Source: Fibrobacteria bacterium (GTDB lineage: Bacteria; Fibrobacterota; Fibrobacteria; UBA11236). Taken from it: a stretch of 50,706 nucleotides of DNA. Shown here in pieces: positions 48,693 to 50,706 of this stretch. Location of the stretch: the NCBI GenBank assembly GCA_043732185.1, contig JAYTHY010000129.1, forward strand, positions 1 through 50,706, read 5' to 3'. Below the pieces are notes generated by a model. The model saw only the letters and a list, made by a program, of their open reading frames with translations, was not told where the DNA came from and ran no database searches. Position 1 is the first letter of the stretch. Each line of letters begins with the position of its first letter. Both the position numbers and the translations under genes were made by a program.

Positions 48693-48699
48693 GGAATTC

Positions 48700-49044
48700 A
48701 TGTCCAAAAACGTAGCGTCAGCCGTAACCTACATCGGCGAGGGGACGGAAATTATCGGTGATATCAAGGTGGAACACGATCTGCGGGTAGAAGGAGACAT
48801 AAAAGGCGGTGTGGTTGTAGGAGGGATGCTGGTATTAATGCCCTCTGGTAAAATAGAAGGCGAGGTTGTCGCCCGATCCGCAACGATAGCCGGACAGATC
48901 CAGGGAAATATCACCGGTCACGAAAAGATCGTGTTGGAAGCCAAGTCCGTTTTAGTAGGCGATTTGATAACACGTGAATTGGTTATCAATGAGGGGGCGG
49001 TTTTCCAAGGAAACTGCTCAATGCCAAGGAATGAAAAAAAGTAA
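48700..49044 (+). CDS. Bactofilin (polymer-forming cytoskeletal protein)
   Basis: IGEGT.I.GD..LRVEG...G...G.F.G.C.M; typical position after an M23 peptidase. Confidence 0.92.
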   Translation: MSKNVASAVTYIGEGTEIIGDIKVEHDLRVEGDIKGGVVVGGMLVLMPSGKIEGEVVARSATIAGQIQGNITGHEKIVLEAKSVLVGDLITRELVINEGAVFQGNCSMPRNEKK

Positions 49045-49303
49045 CCCGAATAGCCCCAAACCGGAACCGAATTCCAAGGTGGCCGCCACCAGCCAAGGCT
49101 TCGAATACTTAAGTCTGGGCTGGATTTTAGCTGGAACCATGGCATTGCCCATGGCGGCGGGATTCTGGATAGACAAACATGTGGGTACAGCTCCTTTGTT
49201 TCTGCTTATTGGCGCATTGCTGGGATTGGCGGGTTGCGGCTACTCCTTTTTTCGCTTGATTCAAAAATTGAACGCGACGGATAAGAAAAGATCCTCGCAG
49301 TAG
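49031..49303 (+). CDS. AtpZ/AtpI family small membrane protein
   Basis: GFWIDKH.GT.PLFLLIG..LG motif, upstream of atp genes. Confidence 0.85.
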   Translation: MKKSNPNSPKPEPNSKVAATSQGFEYLSLGWILAGTMALPMAAGFWIDKHVGTAPLFLLIGALLGLAGCGYSFFRLIQKLNATDKKRSSQ

Positions 49304-49424
49304 CAGCCTGGGAAGCCTTTTGTTAACGACAAAGCCTTTAATTCAAACGCTCCCTTTGCTATAATTCTGACCCTAAAAAACAGCCGGACAGATCCATTTC
49401 CGGTCTAAGGGAAGCTTCTCGGTT

Positions 49425-49805
49425 TTGCTCACCTATTCCAAAAAAATTTTCCTGGTAATGGCTCTGCTCTCTGTCGCAGCCGTGTTGATGTCGCTTAAAC
49501 TCGACGCCTATCCAACCGCCTTCGCCACAGGTGTTGTTTTCTTCATGGCTGCAAATGCATTGGCAGCCATTTATCCGCTTTACCTCTTTAGGGGCAAGAA
49601 AAATCCATTTAACGTTTATTTAATGGGAATGGTCATTCGCTTGGCCGTGGTTGGCGCAGCACTTATTTTGGTCATCACTTTAGGCGACCTCAACAAAGCC
49701 GCCTTACTTTCCATCGCTTTAACCGGTATGCTATCTTTCATCGCCTATTTAATGGTGGAAATCCACCATTTCATCCACCACAATGCCGGTTTGATGAGCA
49801 CATGA
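49425..49805 (+). CDS. ATP synthase protein I-like membrane protein
   Basis: Four TM helices, G...R motif, overlaps the atpB start. Confidence 0.7.
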   Translation: MLTYSKKIFLVMALLSVAAVLMSLKLDAYPTAFATGVVFFMAANALAAIYPLYLFRGKKNPFNVYLMGMVIRLAVVGAALILVITLGDLNKAALLSIALTGMLSFIAYLMVEIHHFIHHNAGLMST

Positions 49806-50665
49806 AGCCAATCCAGAACGCCTTTTTTCCAACCCTACTCGTGACCGCCTTGGTCGGTCCACTTAATGCCGAAGAAAGCTTGGGCGACTTTTTAACCCAT
49901 CATATTTCCAACTCCAACCATTGGCAGCCGCTGCCGTTCTTGCCGATGTTCAACTTGCCCACCGGCTGGAAGATTTTTGGAATCGATATTTCCATCACCC
50001 AGCATGTGCTCATGATGCTCATTGCCGCTACGTTACTTATACTCGCTTTCGCCAGCGCCAGCCGACGCAAAAACGGTGCGCCCGTTTCCCGCCTGGGTCA
50101 TGCCTTGGAAGCCTTGGTCATTTATGTGCGCGATGAAGTGGTAGAACCCAACTTGGGTAAAAAGGAAACGCCCAAGTGGATGCCTTTTTTCCTGACTTTG
50201 TTTTTCTTCTTCCTGACCTTGAATTTGATCAGCCTCGTACCAGGATTTTCCGCCGCCACCGGAAATATCAATTTCACCGCGGCTATGGCCGTCATGATTT
50301 TCATCGTTTATAATATGGCCGGTATTCTGCACAACGGCCCCGTCCATTATGTGGCCAATATTTTTCCCAAGGGTGTGCCCTGGCCCATCATGCTTATCAT
50401 CATCCCCATCGAACTGATGGGTCTTATCACTAAAGCCTTTGCTTTGTGCATCCGCCTATTCGCAAATATGACTGCCGGTCATATTTTGCTGCTGTCTTTA
50501 ACGGGTCTTATCATTGTGTTCAAAACCGTTTGGGTCGCTTTCGGCTTTTTGCCCATGACCTTGTTTATCTATACGATTGAAATCCTGGTGGCTTTTCTCC
50601 AGGCGTACATTTTCACTTTACTTTCGGCCCTATTCGTGGGAATGGCCATCCACCAGGATCATTAA
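49802..50665 (+). CDS. atpB: F0F1 ATP synthase subunit a
   Basis: ATGNIN, IRLFANMTAGH, LQAYIFTLLS. Confidence 0.97.
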   Translation: MKPIQNAFFPTLLVTALVGPLNAEESLGDFLTHHISNSNHWQPLPFLPMFNLPTGWKIFGIDISITQHVLMMLIAATLLILAFASASRRKNGAPVSRLGHALEALVIYVRDEVVEPNLGKKETPKWMPFFLTLFFFFLTLNLISLVPGFSAATGNINFTAAMAVMIFIVYNMAGILHNGPVHYVANIFPKGVPWPIMLIIIPIELMGLITKAFALCIRLFANMTAGHILLLSLTGLIIVFKTVWVAFGFLPMTLFIYTIEILVAFLQAYIFTLLSALFVGMAIHQDH

Positions 50666-50692
50666 CTTTAATTTTTTCATAAGGAGCGAAAA

Positions 50693-50706
50693 ATGGCTAT
50701 GGAATT
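50693..50706 (+). CDS. Start of probable ATP synthase subunit c (cut by window end)
   Basis: AAGGAG RBS and ATG right after atpB; identity inferred from gene order only. Confidence 0.55.

Overview
This is a bacterial chromosomal window, probably Fibrobacterota or a related FCB-group diderm (inferred from gene content and C-terminal sorting tails). It covers a rearranged origin-region gene set: gyrB-dciA-recF, dnaN, mnmE-yidC-yidD-rnpA-rpmH, two parS sites, rsmG-parA-parB and the start of the atp operon. I did not recognise dnaA, gyrA or mnmG. Housekeeping genes include purA, a Crp-family regulator, fabV, tex, a sigma-70 factor, hldE, mdlAB-like ABC transporters and an elongator tRNA-Met. Accessory content comprises (1) a FIX-type toxin with Imm71/72 immunity, (2) an adaptor / transglutaminase-like effector / lipoprotein trio at the tRNA 3' end, (3) a multiheme cytochrome-DUF4266-DUF3570-TlpA redox cluster with flavinylation-like motifs but no apbE, (4) a PHPT1/Janus-like protein coupled to hldE, (5) a His-brace-like secreted protein, (6) an AlbA/Schlafen ATPase, and (7) several structured intergenic elements. 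All family calls come from recognising motifs by eye; no searches were run.
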